A program made the position numbers and the translations under genes. A model generated the notes under the pieces. It searched no databases, had not been told where the DNA came from, and saw only the letters and a program-made list of their open reading frames with translations. From Nanobdellota archaeon (GTDB lineage: Archaea; Nanobdellota; Nanobdellia; Pacearchaeales; GW2011-AR1), in NCBI GenBank assembly GCA_024654505.1, contig JANLHN010000003.1, positions 132,314 to 196,313 on the forward strand: a DNA stretch of 64,000 nucleotides. The letters run 5' to 3'. Shown one piece after another: positions 38,554-47,751 of this stretch; position 1 is the stretch's first letter, and each line of letters opens with the position of its first letter.

Positions 38554-40139
38554 TCATACCCAGACATATTGCTGAGGGTGCCAGGTCTTCCTTGAGATTT
38601 TCTTGCTGCAATAACATCATCGATTCGGAGAATCATTATTGCGACTTCGCTTGCAGAAGCTATTGCTTGTGTTTTGACTTTTAACGGCTCGATGATTCCT
38701 TTCATCATAGTATCTTCAATCTTCCCTGTGAAGAGGTTTAATCCTGCATTTCGATTATTTGCGTCATGACTTGCCCTTAGTTCTGTTAAAACGTCAATAG
38801 GGTCCATTCCTGCGTTTTCTGCAAGGGTTCTTGGGATAAACTCCATAGCCGAAGCAAATTCTTCAACAGCCAATCTTTCTCTTCCCCTGAGGGTATTTGC
38901 AAATTCTTTTAGTCTTTTACATAATTCTATTTCAACCGCCCCCCCACCAGCAACAACTTTTGAATCTTCCATTGTAGATGCAACATCTCCCAAGGCATCA
39001 CGAATGGCTCTTTCTACTTCGTCAATAACGTGGTCTGTTCCCCCACGGATTAGAATTGTTAGTGCTTTTGGATTTTTACAACCCATAATATATGTCATTC
39101 CCTCTCCACCCTCTTTTCTTTCCTCAACATATGCGGCAAACCCTAAATCTTCCTCCCTTAGTTCAGTTAATTTAGAAACCACTCTAGCTCCTGTGGCTTT
39201 TGAAAGGCTTTGCATATCTTTTTTTGAAACCCTTCTAACTACATAAATTCCTGCCCTTGCTAGATAAAATTGAACCAGCTCATCAATCCCTTTTTGAACA
39301 ATTAGAACGTTTGCTCCAGAATTTTTTATTTTTTCTACTTTAGATTTAAGGAGGGAGTCTTCTTGATTCATGAAACTTTGTAATTGTTCTGGTGTGGAAA
39401 TTGAGAGTCTTGTCTCTGTCTCGAGCCCTTTTATTTCTAGGGCCTCTTCTACAAGAGCAATTTTGGCATTTTCAACCCTTTTTGGCATTTCGAGATTAAC
39501 TCTCTCGTTATCTAGAACAATTCCTTTTATTAATTCGGTATCTTCTAGAGATTTCCCTTTTTGTTTCTCAATCCTTATATCTTCTAAATCTACTTTCCCC
39601 TTTTCAGAGACCATCTTTACTGCTTCAACGATTATCTCGCTGAATTTTTCTCTTAAATACTCTGCCCCCTTTCCTGTCATTGCAGTTTGGGCGATTTTCA
39701 TTAGTTCTTCTTCAGAATCTATCTCAACAGACAGCTCTTTTAGGATTATTTGTGCCTTTTCTTCAGCCCACCTATAGCCTCTAGTGATTATTGTAGGATG
39801 TATTCCTTGGTCAAGCAATTTTTCTGCATTCTCAAGGAACTTTCCTGCTAACATTACAGCGGTTGTTGTTCCATCCCCCACCTCTAAATCTTGGGTCTTT
39901 GCAATATCTACAATCATTTTTGCTGCAGGATGTTCAATATCCATCTCTTTGAGAATAGTTACCCCATCATTTGTGATTATAATGTTTCCCACCTTGTCAA
40001 CCAACATTTTATCCATTCCTTTTGGACCCAAAGTTGTTTTTACTGTTTCAGCGACGACTCTTGCAGCCAGAATATTGTTCCTTTGTGCATCTCTGCCTAG
40101 TATCCGACTACCTTCATTAGAAGTTATGTTCTCGACCAT
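38550..40139 (-). CDS. ths: Thermosome subunit (group II chaperonin)
   Basis: [35 protein letters not shown] and GGGAVE are all present. The start was set at MVENITS (40139). The longer ORF would run into the divergent promoter. Confidence 0.9.
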   Translation of the reverse strand: MVENITSNEGSRILGRDAQRNNILAARVVAETVKTTLGPKGMDKMLVDKVGNIIITNDGVTILKEMDIEHPAAKMIVDIAKTQDLEVGDGTTTAVMLAGKFLENAEKLLDQGIHPTIITRGYRWAEEKAQIILKELSVEIDSEEELMKIAQTAMTGKGAEYLREKFSEIIVEAVKMVSEKGKVDLEDIRIEKQKGKSLEDTELIKGIVLDNERVNLEMPKRVENAKIALVEEALEIKGLETETRLSISTPEQLQSFMNQEDSLLKSKVEKIKNSGANVLIVQKGIDELVQFYLARAGIYVVRRVSKKDMQSLSKATGARVVSKLTELREEDLGFAAYVEERKEGGEGMTYIMGCKNPKALTILIRGGTDHVIDEVERAIRDALGDVASTMEDSKVVAGGGAVEIELCKRLKEFANTLRGRERLAVEEFASAMEFIPRTLAENAGMDPIDVLTELRASHDANNRNAGLNLFTGKIEDTMMKGIIEPLKVKTQAIASASEVAIMILRIDDVIAARKSQGRPGTLSNMSGYD

Positions 40140-40160
40140 ATTTGAGGGAGAGTTGGTTTG

Positions 40161-40168
40161 TTTATAAG
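40161..40168 (-). promoter_or_regulatory. Candidate TATA box for thermosome gene
   Basis: TTATAAA on the minus strand lies about 22-29 nt upstream of the thermosome ATG. Spacing fits archaeal leaderless promoters. Confidence 0.3.
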
Positions 40169-40350
40169 AATTATTGTGGTGGGATTGGAGATTGGTTTGG
40201 GTAATTCTTTCCTTTGGAACTACATGCCGGAGGCATGAGTTAAGCACGTTCTCGCTATGCTCGCTTTCGCACTTAAAGAATTATTGTGGTGGGATTTGTC
40301 ACATTTGTGCAGTAAAAAAGATATTTAAAGATGTTTTACCTTGTTTAAAT

Positions 40351-40908
40351 ATGGAATCTGGTGTTAAAGTGGGAGATATTATGACTCGAAATTTTGTTCA
40401 TGTTACTCCTGAGACTGACCTCTTGAGTTGTGCAAGAACCATGATTAAAAAGAGGGTTGGAAGCTTAATCATCAAAGAAGGAGATAAATTAAAAGGAATT
40501 TTGACTGAAAAGGATATTATCTGGGCAATTGTTAAAAAGTCTAAGAGTGATTTAAAAGGGATTTTTGCAAAAGATTTAATGAAGAGGAAGGTGGTGACCA
40601 TAAAACCTTCTGCTGATTTGGCCGAGGCAATGAGACGTCTTAGAAAGAAGAAAGTTCGAAGATTGCCAGTCGTTGAAAATGGATTGGTTATTGGGATGTT
40701 AACATATAAAGACATTCTTAGAATTGATCCAGGGCTATATGACTTGATTTCTCAGAATTTTAGCATACGTGAGGAAGCTAAAAAACTAAAGAGGAGGTTT
40801 ATGGCAATTTCTCGAGGCCATGGTACCTGTGAAGAATGTGGAGAGCATGGGGTTCTATTTAAAACAGATATGCAAAGCTTATGTGAAAGTTGTTATAATA
40901 ACCGGTAA
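40351..40908 (+). CDS. CBS-domain pair protein with C-terminal zinc ribbon
   Basis: Two CBS motifs (VGDIMTRNFVHV...; DLMKRKVVTI...RRLPVV). The C-terminal ribbon is CEECGEHG...CESC. The start was set at MESGVKV with TATTTAAA about 25 nt upstream. Confidence 0.6.
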   Translation: MESGVKVGDIMTRNFVHVTPETDLLSCARTMIKKRVGSLIIKEGDKLKGILTEKDIIWAIVKKSKSDLKGIFAKDLMKRKVVTIKPSADLAEAMRRLRKKKVRRLPVVENGLVIGMLTYKDILRIDPGLYDLISQNFSIREEAKKLKRRFMAISRGHGTCEECGEHGVLFKTDMQSLCESCYNNR

Positions 40909-40960
40909 TCTTGCTCTCCAAAAACATTTATATACGCTTTTGTTCTTTTAAAAGACGAAG

Positions 40961-41455
40961 ATGGTACAGATAAAGAATGTATTGAAGCAAAATGTTAAAC
41001 AGAAGGGTCATTGGAATTTTGTTGATTTGTATAATCTTGGTTTTGAATGGTTTAAGGATAATAGTTACCATTTAATGGAGAAAGAATACACAGAGAAAAT
41101 ATCTGCTCTTGGGAAGGAGATTGTGCTTATATGGGAAGCTGAAAAAAAGGTAACTGACTATTTTAAATATAAAATTAGTATAAAATGGCATATTCTTGGG
41201 ATGAAGGATGTGGAAGCTGAAAAAGATGGACAGAAAATTGAGACTAATAAGGGAGATGTCAAAATGATATTTACGGCAGACCTTATTAAGGATTATGAGA
41301 AAAGGTGGGAAGATAAGCCCCTTTGGAAGTTCCTGAGAGGAACGTATGACCAGTATATTATTCGGACAACAGCCGAACAACATGAAAAGAAGCTAGAAGA
41401 GGATGCTCTAGAGCTCATATCCCAGGTAAAGGCGTTTTTGATGATGGGAAAATAG
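40961..41455 (+). CDS. Hypothetical protein
   Basis: ORF only (164 aa). Confidence 0.4.
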   Translation: MVQIKNVLKQNVKQKGHWNFVDLYNLGFEWFKDNSYHLMEKEYTEKISALGKEIVLIWEAEKKVTDYFKYKISIKWHILGMKDVEAEKDGQKIETNKGDVKMIFTADLIKDYEKRWEDKPLWKFLRGTYDQYIIRTTAEQHEKKLEEDALELISQVKAFLMMGK

Positions 41456-41464
41456 AAACAGGCG

Positions 41465-42868
41465 TTGAATCACAATAATCTTTATAAAATAATCTTGGCG
41501 TGTTTTCCTATGAGTAAATTGATGTTTTTAGTTGTGATGATGTTTTGTTTGGGAACTGTTTCTGCATTGGAAATTTCAGCTACTTCTGACACAAATGTAA
41601 TAGTTAAGGATGTTGGAAGTGTAATAAAATTAACTCTTAAAATAAGTAACGCTACAAATGGGAGTTATAATGTATACACCCTCTCAGATATCGCATTGAC
41701 TCCTTCAGAAGTTTTTGAAATTCCAGAAGGGTTTATTACCAAAGAGTTTATTTTGACTCCTTTAGACAATCTTGATGTAGAGGGGCCTTATACTTTTACC
41801 TATACTTTAAATCATCGTGATGTTGAAAAAATTGATAAAAAATTTACGGCCAATCTATTAAATCTTGAGGATGTAATTGAAATTGGTAGCGAGGAAATTA
41901 ATTCTAGTTCTAATGAAATTTCTTTTTATGTAAAAAATAAAGAAGATGTGTATCTAAAAGGTTTATCTGCGAAATTTAGTTCTCTTCTCTTTGATGTTGA
42001 GAAAACATTTGATTTAGAGCCATTCGAGAAAAAGATTATTAAAGTTGTTGTTGATGGTTTTAAATTGAAAAAAACAAAGGCAGGAGTATATATTATCTCG
42101 GGGGTATTTGATACTAACAAGGGTGGGAAAGAAATCAAAGGGAACCTTTATTTGGGAGAGAAAAAAGGTATTGTGGTTACGGAGGATTCTTCCGGTTTTT
42201 TAATTAAGACTTATACCATTAGTAAAATAAATACTGGAAATGTTTTTGAATCTGTGGAGATTGATATAGAAAAGAATATTATCTCGAGGCTATTTACTAA
42301 TTTTAATATAGAACCAACTTTCACTGAAAGATCTGGGTTTATTGTAAAATATGTTTGGACAAGGGATAGGCTTGGACCAACAGAGGTTTTGACAGTGAAA
42401 TCTGAGACAAATTATATCCTCCCATTATTCTTTATTATTGTTCTCTTAATTGTAATCTTTGGTTTTAAGAGGTTCAGAGAATCAAAATTGGTCTTAAATA
42501 AATCTGTGAAATATGTTAAAACTAAAGGAGGAGAATTTGCATTGAAAGTTACATTGTCATTAAAAGCTTCTAAGGCTATAAGTAATGTAACTTTAATTGA
42601 TAAGATTCCAATTGCTGTTAAGGTTTATGAAAAGTTTGGGATGGTTAAACCTGACAAAATTGATCCAGAAAGTAGAAGATTACACTGGCATATTGGGAAT
42701 TTAAATGCTGGAGAAGAAAGAATATTTAACTATATTGTCTATTCAAAAGTAGGTTTTGTTGGGAAGTTTGCTCTTCCAGAAGCCGTTGCCGTCTTTGAGA
42801 AAGAGGACAAAATCCATGAAGTTAATTCTAATCAGGTTTTCTTTATGAGTGACCAGGTTTCTGAATGA
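41465..42868 (+). CDS. Surface protein with signal peptide and TM segment near residue 320
   Basis: A signal peptide at the N-terminus. The TM helix is LPLFFIIVLLIVIFGF and a roughly 130-aa C-terminal domain follows. Confidence 0.45.
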   Translation: MNHNNLYKIILACFPMSKLMFLVVMMFCLGTVSALEISATSDTNVIVKDVGSVIKLTLKISNATNGSYNVYTLSDIALTPSEVFEIPEGFITKEFILTPLDNLDVEGPYTFTYTLNHRDVEKIDKKFTANLLNLEDVIEIGSEEINSSSNEISFYVKNKEDVYLKGLSAKFSSLLFDVEKTFDLEPFEKKIIKVVVDGFKLKKTKAGVYIISGVFDTNKGGKEIKGNLYLGEKKGIVVTEDSSGFLIKTYTISKINTGNVFESVEIDIEKNIISRLFTNFNIEPTFTERSGFIVKYVWTRDRLGPTEVLTVKSETNYILPLFFIIVLLIVIFGFKRFRESKLVLNKSVKYVKTKGGEFALKVTLSLKASKAISNVTLIDKIPIAVKVYEKFGMVKPDKIDPESRRLHWHIGNLNAGEERIFNYIVYSKVGFVGKFALPEAVAVFEKEDKIHEVNSNQVFFMSDQVSE

Positions 42869-42905
42869 TTGTAATGTTTTTATACCCTATACATATCGAT
42901 TTACT

Positions 42906-44063
42906 ATGGAAGAGAAGATTCATGGAAAGCTGAAGTATCGGGTTGGAGATTTCATCGTTGAAGAAATTGGAGACAACTGGGTTTGTAAAGTAGGGGGAGA
43001 ATCTAATTTAGTAGATAATTTAGAGGAAGAAAGAGATTTTCTTTGGTGTGAAATGGAAAAAGAGGATATAGATTTTTTTCAAGCAATTAAAGAACTTTCG
43101 CAAAAAATTGGTAAAGATATAAGGGATATTGGCTATGCTGGGACTAAAGATAAAAGAGCTTTGACTTCTCAAAGAATTTCAATATTTAAACCAGACTTAG
43201 AAAAAATCAAAAACTTTAAACATCCGAATATCACTTTGAAAAATTTTCGATGGAATAAGAGGAAAATTAAACTGGGTTATCTTGAAGGAAACCATTTTAA
43301 GATTGTTATTCGGGATGTGGATAAAAAAGATGCAATGGTTGTTGGGAAGAAAATAAAGGGAATGGGTTGGTTTCCAAATTATTTTGGAGCACAGAGATTC
43401 GGTTCTCTTCGTGGAAATAATGTCCATATTGGAAAGTTAATATTAAAAAGAGATTTTGAGAAAGCTGTTTGGGCTATTTTAACAGATATTTCTGAAAATG
43501 AGAGGTCTGAAAGTAGATTTGCTCGAGAAAAATTGAAGAAAGAGAAGGATTTTTATTCTGCCGCAAGATATTTCCCACATCATTTGAGATTGGAAAAACA
43601 AATTTTGTTTTGTTTGTCTAAAAATCCTGATGATTTTGTTGGAGCAATAAAAAGGGCAGATAGAAAAAATATGTTAATGTTTGTCAATGCTGTTCAAAGT
43701 AAGGTTTTTAATGAAATTTTAGAGAGAGCTTTAGAGAGAGGACTTGATTTTACTCAAAAAGGTCAGCAAAGTTGTCTTTTGCCAGGGTATAAAACAAGAT
43801 TTTATGAGGGCCCACTTGGGGAAATTGAAAAAGAAGTCTTGGCAGAGAATAATTTGGAGTTAAGTGATTTTGATGTTAGAGAGATTCCTTATTTAAGAAT
43901 TAAAGGTTCTTTTAGGAAGGCGATTACAGAGATTAAAGATTTAGTTGTTTCCGTCGAAGATGATAAGGATTTTCCAGGTTCAAAAAAGATTCTATTAGAG
44001 TTTAGCTTACCTTCAGGAGTTTATGCTACAACTTTCTTAGATAATTTTTTTAAATTTGATTAA
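42906..44063 (+). CDS. truD: tRNA pseudouridine synthase TruD/Pus7 family
   Basis: The catalytic motif IGYAGTKDKRALTSQRIS matches the TruD AG-x-KD...T-Q signature. Length is about 385 aa from MEEKIHG. Confidence 0.7.
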   Translation: MEEKIHGKLKYRVGDFIVEEIGDNWVCKVGGESNLVDNLEEERDFLWCEMEKEDIDFFQAIKELSQKIGKDIRDIGYAGTKDKRALTSQRISIFKPDLEKIKNFKHPNITLKNFRWNKRKIKLGYLEGNHFKIVIRDVDKKDAMVVGKKIKGMGWFPNYFGAQRFGSLRGNNVHIGKLILKRDFEKAVWAILTDISENERSESRFAREKLKKEKDFYSAARYFPHHLRLEKQILFCLSKNPDDFVGAIKRADRKNMLMFVNAVQSKVFNEILERALERGLDFTQKGQQSCLLPGYKTRFYEGPLGEIEKEVLAENNLELSDFDVREIPYLRIKGSFRKAITEIKDLVVSVEDDKDFPGSKKILLEFSLPSGVYATTFLDNFFKFD

Positions 44064-44093
44064 TTTTATAAACTATGATTCCTTTTTTAGTTC

Positions 44094-44570
44094 ATGAAAG
44101 ATTCTGTAAAGGTGGGACTAGGCTTTGGTTTGACCTCAGGTATTATTACAACACTTGGTGTGATGATTGGTCTTGATGTTGGGACTGGACTCAAACTAGC
44201 TGTTATTGGGGGTATTCTGACCGTCGCTATTGCGGATGCTTTCTCGGATGCTTTGGGGATTCATATCTCTGAAGAATCCAATAAGAAAAATAGTCACAAG
44301 GCAATTTGGGAATCTACTATTGCCACATTTTTTACGAAGTTAATTGTTGCTTTGACGTTTGTTATTCCAATCCTTTTCTTTAATTTGAAAAGTGCGATAG
44401 TTATTAATCTTGTTTGGGGATCTCTTCTTTTGATTGTTTTTAATTATTTTCTTGCTAAACAGCGAGGAGAAAGCCCTATGAAGATTATTATTTCTCATTT
44501 AGGAATTGCGATAGTAGTAATAATTTCAACGTATTTTGTGGGTAGATTGATTGCAACATATTTTGGATGA
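44094..44570 (+). CDS. Polytopic membrane protein, hypothetical
   Basis: A 158-aa ORF with 4-5 TM helices and Gly-rich helices (GIITTLGVMIGLDVGTG). Confidence 0.45.
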   Translation: MKDSVKVGLGFGLTSGIITTLGVMIGLDVGTGLKLAVIGGILTVAIADAFSDALGIHISEESNKKNSHKAIWESTIATFFTKLIVALTFVIPILFFNLKSAIVINLVWGSLLLIVFNYFLAKQRGESPMKIIISHLGIAIVVIISTYFVGRLIATYFG

Positions 44571-44590
44571 TATTATAAAAAGGGATCGAA

Positions 44591-44608
44591 CCGCGTCCGA
44601 AGACGCGG
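44591..44608. terminator. GC hairpin with UUCG tetraloop (minus-strand sense) followed by T5
   Basis: The plus strand reads ccgcgtc-cgaa-gacgcgg. The minus strand reads CCGCGUC-UUCG-GACGCGG followed by ...CCCTTTTT. Confidence 0.3.
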
Positions 44609-44732
44609 CCTGATACTCTTAAAAAATATAATGTGTTTTTAAACCTTGTGTTGAGAAAGATTAACCTAAAGATGTGAGGTGACGCACAAAAATAAAACGC
44701 CCCTCTAAAAGTTAAAATAATTTAAAGAAAAT

Positions 44733-44795
44733 TTACTTCTTTTTCTTCTTCACTACTTTTTTCTTTTTTACTGCTTTTTTCTTTTTTGCTGCCAT
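44733..44795 (-). CDS. Tiny poly-Lys peptide ORF (MAAKKKKAVKKKKVVKKKKK) with strong SD
   Basis: GGAGGTT sits 6 nt upstream of the ATG. The ORF is 20 codons and a candidate terminator hairpin lies downstream. It falls below the ORF-track cutoff. Confidence 0.25.
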   Translation of the reverse strand: MAAKKKKAVKKKKVVKKKKK

Positions 44796-44977
44796 TTTTC
44801 AACCTCCTTTTGTTTTAATTATTAGAATAATTATCACTTGTAATCAATGTATCTTTAATTTATAAACTTTGTTAAAAAAATAATTTAGAAAATATTTTAT
44901 AAATAATGCAAAAAATTAATCTCCGTCGGTGAATTCTTAATTATCAAATTTGCCTAAATTATACACTAAATATTTTT

Positions 44978-45136
44978 TTATTTTTTTATTTTTCCTCTCC
45001 AAATTAAAAAAATTGTTGCAATTAAAAAAATTCCTGATCTAATAAACCAGAGAGAATTTGTTGTTAAAAATCCTATAACGGCAAAGATTAGTGAAATAAT
45101 CATAAAGGCAATTGAAAGTCCCATTTCTCTTTCCAT
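44978..45136 (-). CDS. Small membrane peptide (52 aa)
   Basis: The product MEREMGLSIAFMIISLIFAVIGFLTTNSLWFIRSGIFLIATIFLIWRGKIKK has two hydrophobic helices. It falls below the ORF-track cutoff. Confidence 0.25.
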   Translation of the reverse strand: MEREMGLSIAFMIISLIFAVIGFLTTNSLWFIRSGIFLIATIFLIWRGKIKK

Positions 45137-45257
45137 ATTTTTCTTAATGTGATTGATTATAAAAATTTAATGTTTTTAGATTAAATTGTGGAGAAGCGAT
45201 AATAAATAAAAAATAAATGGTTCAAGGATGAGCTTGATAAGGTGGTAACAAGAGAGA

Positions 45258-45296
45258 TTACTTCTTCTTTTTCTTGGCCTTCTTTTTTGCTGGCAT
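45258..45296 (-). CDS. Tiny poly-Lys peptide ORF (MPAKKKAKKKKK) with strong SD
   Basis: GGAGGTG sits 6 nt upstream of the ATG. It is a paralogue of the peptide at 44733-44795. Confidence 0.2.
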   Translation of the reverse strand: MPAKKKAKKKKK

Positions 45297-45429
45297 TTTA
45301 AACACCTCCAAAGTTTTTAAATAGGGTCGCAAAACCTTTATCATTTTAAGTATTAAAAGATTATAAATGTATGTTTTATTTTGGTGTTTGGAAAATTTGG
45401 ATTGGTTTGGGTTATTACATACATTTCAA

Positions 45430-45539
45430 GACAGCGACGGAGAATTTGTTTTTTTGTTTTTTGGATAAATCCCCGGCCGGCTCACAATTGGTGTACTTCT
45501 GCTGAAGCAAATCGAAAGTTCGATTCCGATATATTAGAA
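45430..45539. repeat. tRNA-Tyr downstream element with duplicated 3' end and conserved stem-loop module
   Basis: aatccccggcc (45468-45479) duplicates the tRNA 3' end at 45537-45550. The module TTGGTGTACTTCTGCTGAAGCAAATCGAAAGTTCGAT (45488-45529) matches 10296-10337 with compensatory stem changes. Confidence 0.55.
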
Positions 45540-45610
45540 TCCCCCCGGCCAGAATCGAACTGGCACATATCGGGCTACAGCCGAATGTTCTACCATTGAA
45601 CTACGGAGGG
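45540..45610 (-). tRNA. tRNA-Tyr (anticodon GUA)
   Basis: A 71-nt cloverleaf with acceptor CCCTCCG/CGGGGGG and the archaeal C1-G72 pair. The anticodon loop is CTGTAGC and the T arm is GCCAG-TTCGATT-CTGGC. Discriminator is A. Confidence 0.75.
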
Positions 45611-45668
45611 TTTGTCACCTACGGAATTCTCATGAAACGGCTATGCCGTTACTTTGAACTACGAAGGG
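45611..45668 (-). repeat. Pseudo-5'-end copy of tRNA-Tyr (CCCTTCGTAGTTCAAAGTAAC + spacer)
   Basis: The copy lies 58 nt upstream of the tRNA 5' end and contains GGCATAGCCGTTTC, also found upstream of tRNA-Gly. Confidence 0.6.
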
Positions 45669-45744
45669 TTATAATTTAACCTAGAATAGGGGATTTTTAA
45701 GGGTTGTGGGTTAGATTATTAAACCTACTTCTTCTTTCCTAATT

Positions 45745-46587
45745 ATGGTAAGAGTACGTTATAGCTTCGGTTCGAGACACACCGGACATATGGAGAATAT
45801 TCAGAAGCAGAGGGTAAAATATCCTCGAGTGATGAAAGAAGTTATTGACATCTCGGAGATTGTTCTAGAGATTCTTGATGCACGTTATATAGATGAGACT
45901 AGGAATATTGATATTGAAGAAGATTTGATTAAAAAGGGAAAGAAAATTATTTTTGTTTTAAATAAAGCAGATTTAGTTGATGTAAAAAAAATTGAAGCAG
46001 AACTTCCAAAAGATTTGAAGCCATATGTTTTTGTTTCGGCTAAGACTAAACAAGGTTCTAGAGATTTAAGGGAGAGAATTAGAATTGAAGCTAAACGTGT
46101 TGAGTTGCCCGAGAACATGAAAAGGGTTCATGTAGGGATTATAGGCTACCCAAATGCTGGAAAGAGTTCTATAATTAACTTAGTTACTCGAAGGAGTGTT
46201 ACTGGAATCTCTAAACAGGCGGGATATACTAGAGGGATGCAAAAGGTTAGGATGACAGATAAGATATTAATATTAGACACTCCAGGAGTTATTCCGGACT
46301 CAAAATATTCTTCCTCGGCAAAGGCTGCTTCTTCTCAAGATGCAAAGGTTGGAGCAAGAACCTATAGTCATGTTAAAGATCCTGAAGATGTTATTAATTA
46401 CTTAATGAAAGATTATAGCAAGACAATTGAAAAATTTTATAAAATTGATGCTGAGGGTGATGTCGAGATTTTAATTGAAAAGTTGGGAAAGAAAATGAAT
46501 TATCTAAAGAAAGGCGGACAGATTGATTCGGATAGAACTGCTAGATTAATTTTGAAGGATTGGCAGGAAGGCAAAATAAGAATTTAG
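45745..46587 (+). CDS. Circularly permuted GTPase (YlqF/YawG family)
   Basis: The motif order is G4 (VLNKADL), G1 (GYPNAGKSS), then G3 (DTPG). The true start may be an internal Met near MENIQ or MKEVID. Confidence 0.6.
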   Translation: MVRVRYSFGSRHTGHMENIQKQRVKYPRVMKEVIDISEIVLEILDARYIDETRNIDIEEDLIKKGKKIIFVLNKADLVDVKKIEAELPKDLKPYVFVSAKTKQGSRDLRERIRIEAKRVELPENMKRVHVGIIGYPNAGKSSIINLVTRRSVTGISKQAGYTRGMQKVRMTDKILILDTPGVIPDSKYSSSAKAASSQDAKVGARTYSHVKDPEDVINYLMKDYSKTIEKFYKIDAEGDVEILIEKLGKKMNYLKKGGQIDSDRTARLILKDWQEGKIRI

Positions 46588-46625
46588 TGGGCCTTCCTAA
46601 TTGACCTCTAAGAAGTTGTTTTAAA

Positions 46626-46769
46626 TCATCTCCTAGCAATCCAACCCCCACCATGAGCTTCCCAATCGGCTCCACCCATAACAGCATCTACCGCCCTTAC
46701 TACTTCATCTCCGGTTCGTCTCCCCGAAGTGCTCATGTCGTCATATAACACCTCTATTTTTACTATCAT
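46626..46769 (-). CDS. Small ORF (47 aa) with SD
   Basis: GGAGGTAAAA lies upstream of the ATG. The product is MIVKIEVLYDDMSTSGRRTGDEVVRAVDAVMGGADWEAHGGGWIARR. It falls below the ORF-track cutoff. Confidence 0.25.
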   Translation of the reverse strand: MIVKIEVLYDDMSTSGRRTGDEVVRAVDAVMGGADWEAHGGGWIARR

Positions 46770-46916
46770 TTTTACCTCCTTAACGATGGGAAGTCTTTTT
46801 TCTTTATATAGAATCGTAGATTTGAAAGTATATTTGAGAGGATAATTTCCTTTATATAGCGATTTACTTTCAAGGAGTACAGAGTTATTTGAAAGTGGTA
46901 AATGGATTATTTGGAC

Positions 46917-47729
46917 TTATTTGAAGCTCTTGCTTATCCCTTCTTTCCAGAAACTTGGGAGAGGATTAGAAATAAATCCCCTGAATTCTCCCGAATAAAT
47001 GTAGGCAAGACCCCTGTCGGGGTTATATTTTTCAAACTTTTCTTGAGCATCTGAGTACATTTTCTGTATAATCTTCCTCTCAAACTCTTTTTGGAGAAGG
47101 GATGACTTCTTTAGCACTAAAAAATCTGCTTGTCTTAAGATATTAACTTCTAAATTTGAAGAATTTTGGGAAATAAAGAGAATGTTGAGATTTTTATGTC
47201 GAGATATTAAGATAAGTTGGCTGAGCATTTTGTTCGCATTACTCATTGAACTTCTTGAATTAAAGGTTATTCCCCCCTCATCAATAAGTACCCAAGAATC
47301 ATTTTCTAGTTCTGAAATGTCTGAAACTATTTTTATCCAGGATGGAAATTCTTCTGATTTAAATCCCAGAGCAAAACACTTTTTTTTAGATTTTGTGTAG
47401 ATATTTTCTAAAAACTTTACTCCAATTGCTGTTTTTCCAGAGCCCCTGGCCCCCAAGATAAGTCCTATTTGGCTATCTGATTTTGTAATTTTATCAAAGA
47501 AAGTTTTGTAATCCCCATCAATAGTTTCAATAATCTTGAAGGGAGAATATTTATATCCTATAGAATCTCTTTTTCTTTTTATCTCCTTCTCTTGAGAATC
47601 TTTTGATTCTTTTTCAATTTGTCTTATTTTTCCTTTAATAGCATAATAAGGGAGTTTTATAGTAAATAAGGCTCCTTTTCCTAAGTATTTCCAGAATATT
47701 GAATGTTTTTTCTTTTTTCTTTTTTCCAT
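46917..47729 (-). CDS. P-loop NTPase, Zot/packaging-ATPase-like
   Basis: Walker A is GARGSGKT and Walker B is WVLIDEGG. ISRHKNLNILFISQ is the sensor region. A basic roughly 90-aa N-terminal extension is present. Confidence 0.5.
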   Translation of the reverse strand: MEKRKKKKHSIFWKYLGKGALFTIKLPYYAIKGKIRQIEKESKDSQEKEIKRKRDSIGYKYSPFKIIETIDGDYKTFFDKITKSDSQIGLILGARGSGKTAIGVKFLENIYTKSKKKCFALGFKSEEFPSWIKIVSDISELENDSWVLIDEGGITFNSRSSMSNANKMLSQLILISRHKNLNILFISQNSSNLEVNILRQADFLVLKKSSLLQKEFERKIIQKMYSDAQEKFEKYNPDRGLAYIYSGEFRGFISNPLPSFWKEGISKSFK

Positions 47730-47751
47730 GGTTTTGGTAGAAGATTATTTG

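Noticed and set aside
39004-40167. Plus-strand ORFs antisense to the thermosome gene (39004..39246, 39370..39777, 39784..40167, 39891..40100)
   Set aside because: They lie antisense within a highly conserved chaperonin CDS. Their Ser/Phe/Ile-rich translations are typical of spurious antisense ORFs.
44733-45296. Poly-Lys mini-ORFs as ribosomal protein L41e
   Set aside because: L41e is Arg/Trp-rich as well as Lys-rich. These peptides are almost pure Lys/Ala/Val, so they are not assigned to L41e. They are kept as unexplained mini-ORFs.
45381-45599. ORF 45381..45599 (+)
   Set aside because: It covers tRNA-Tyr and the conserved downstream element on the opposite strand.
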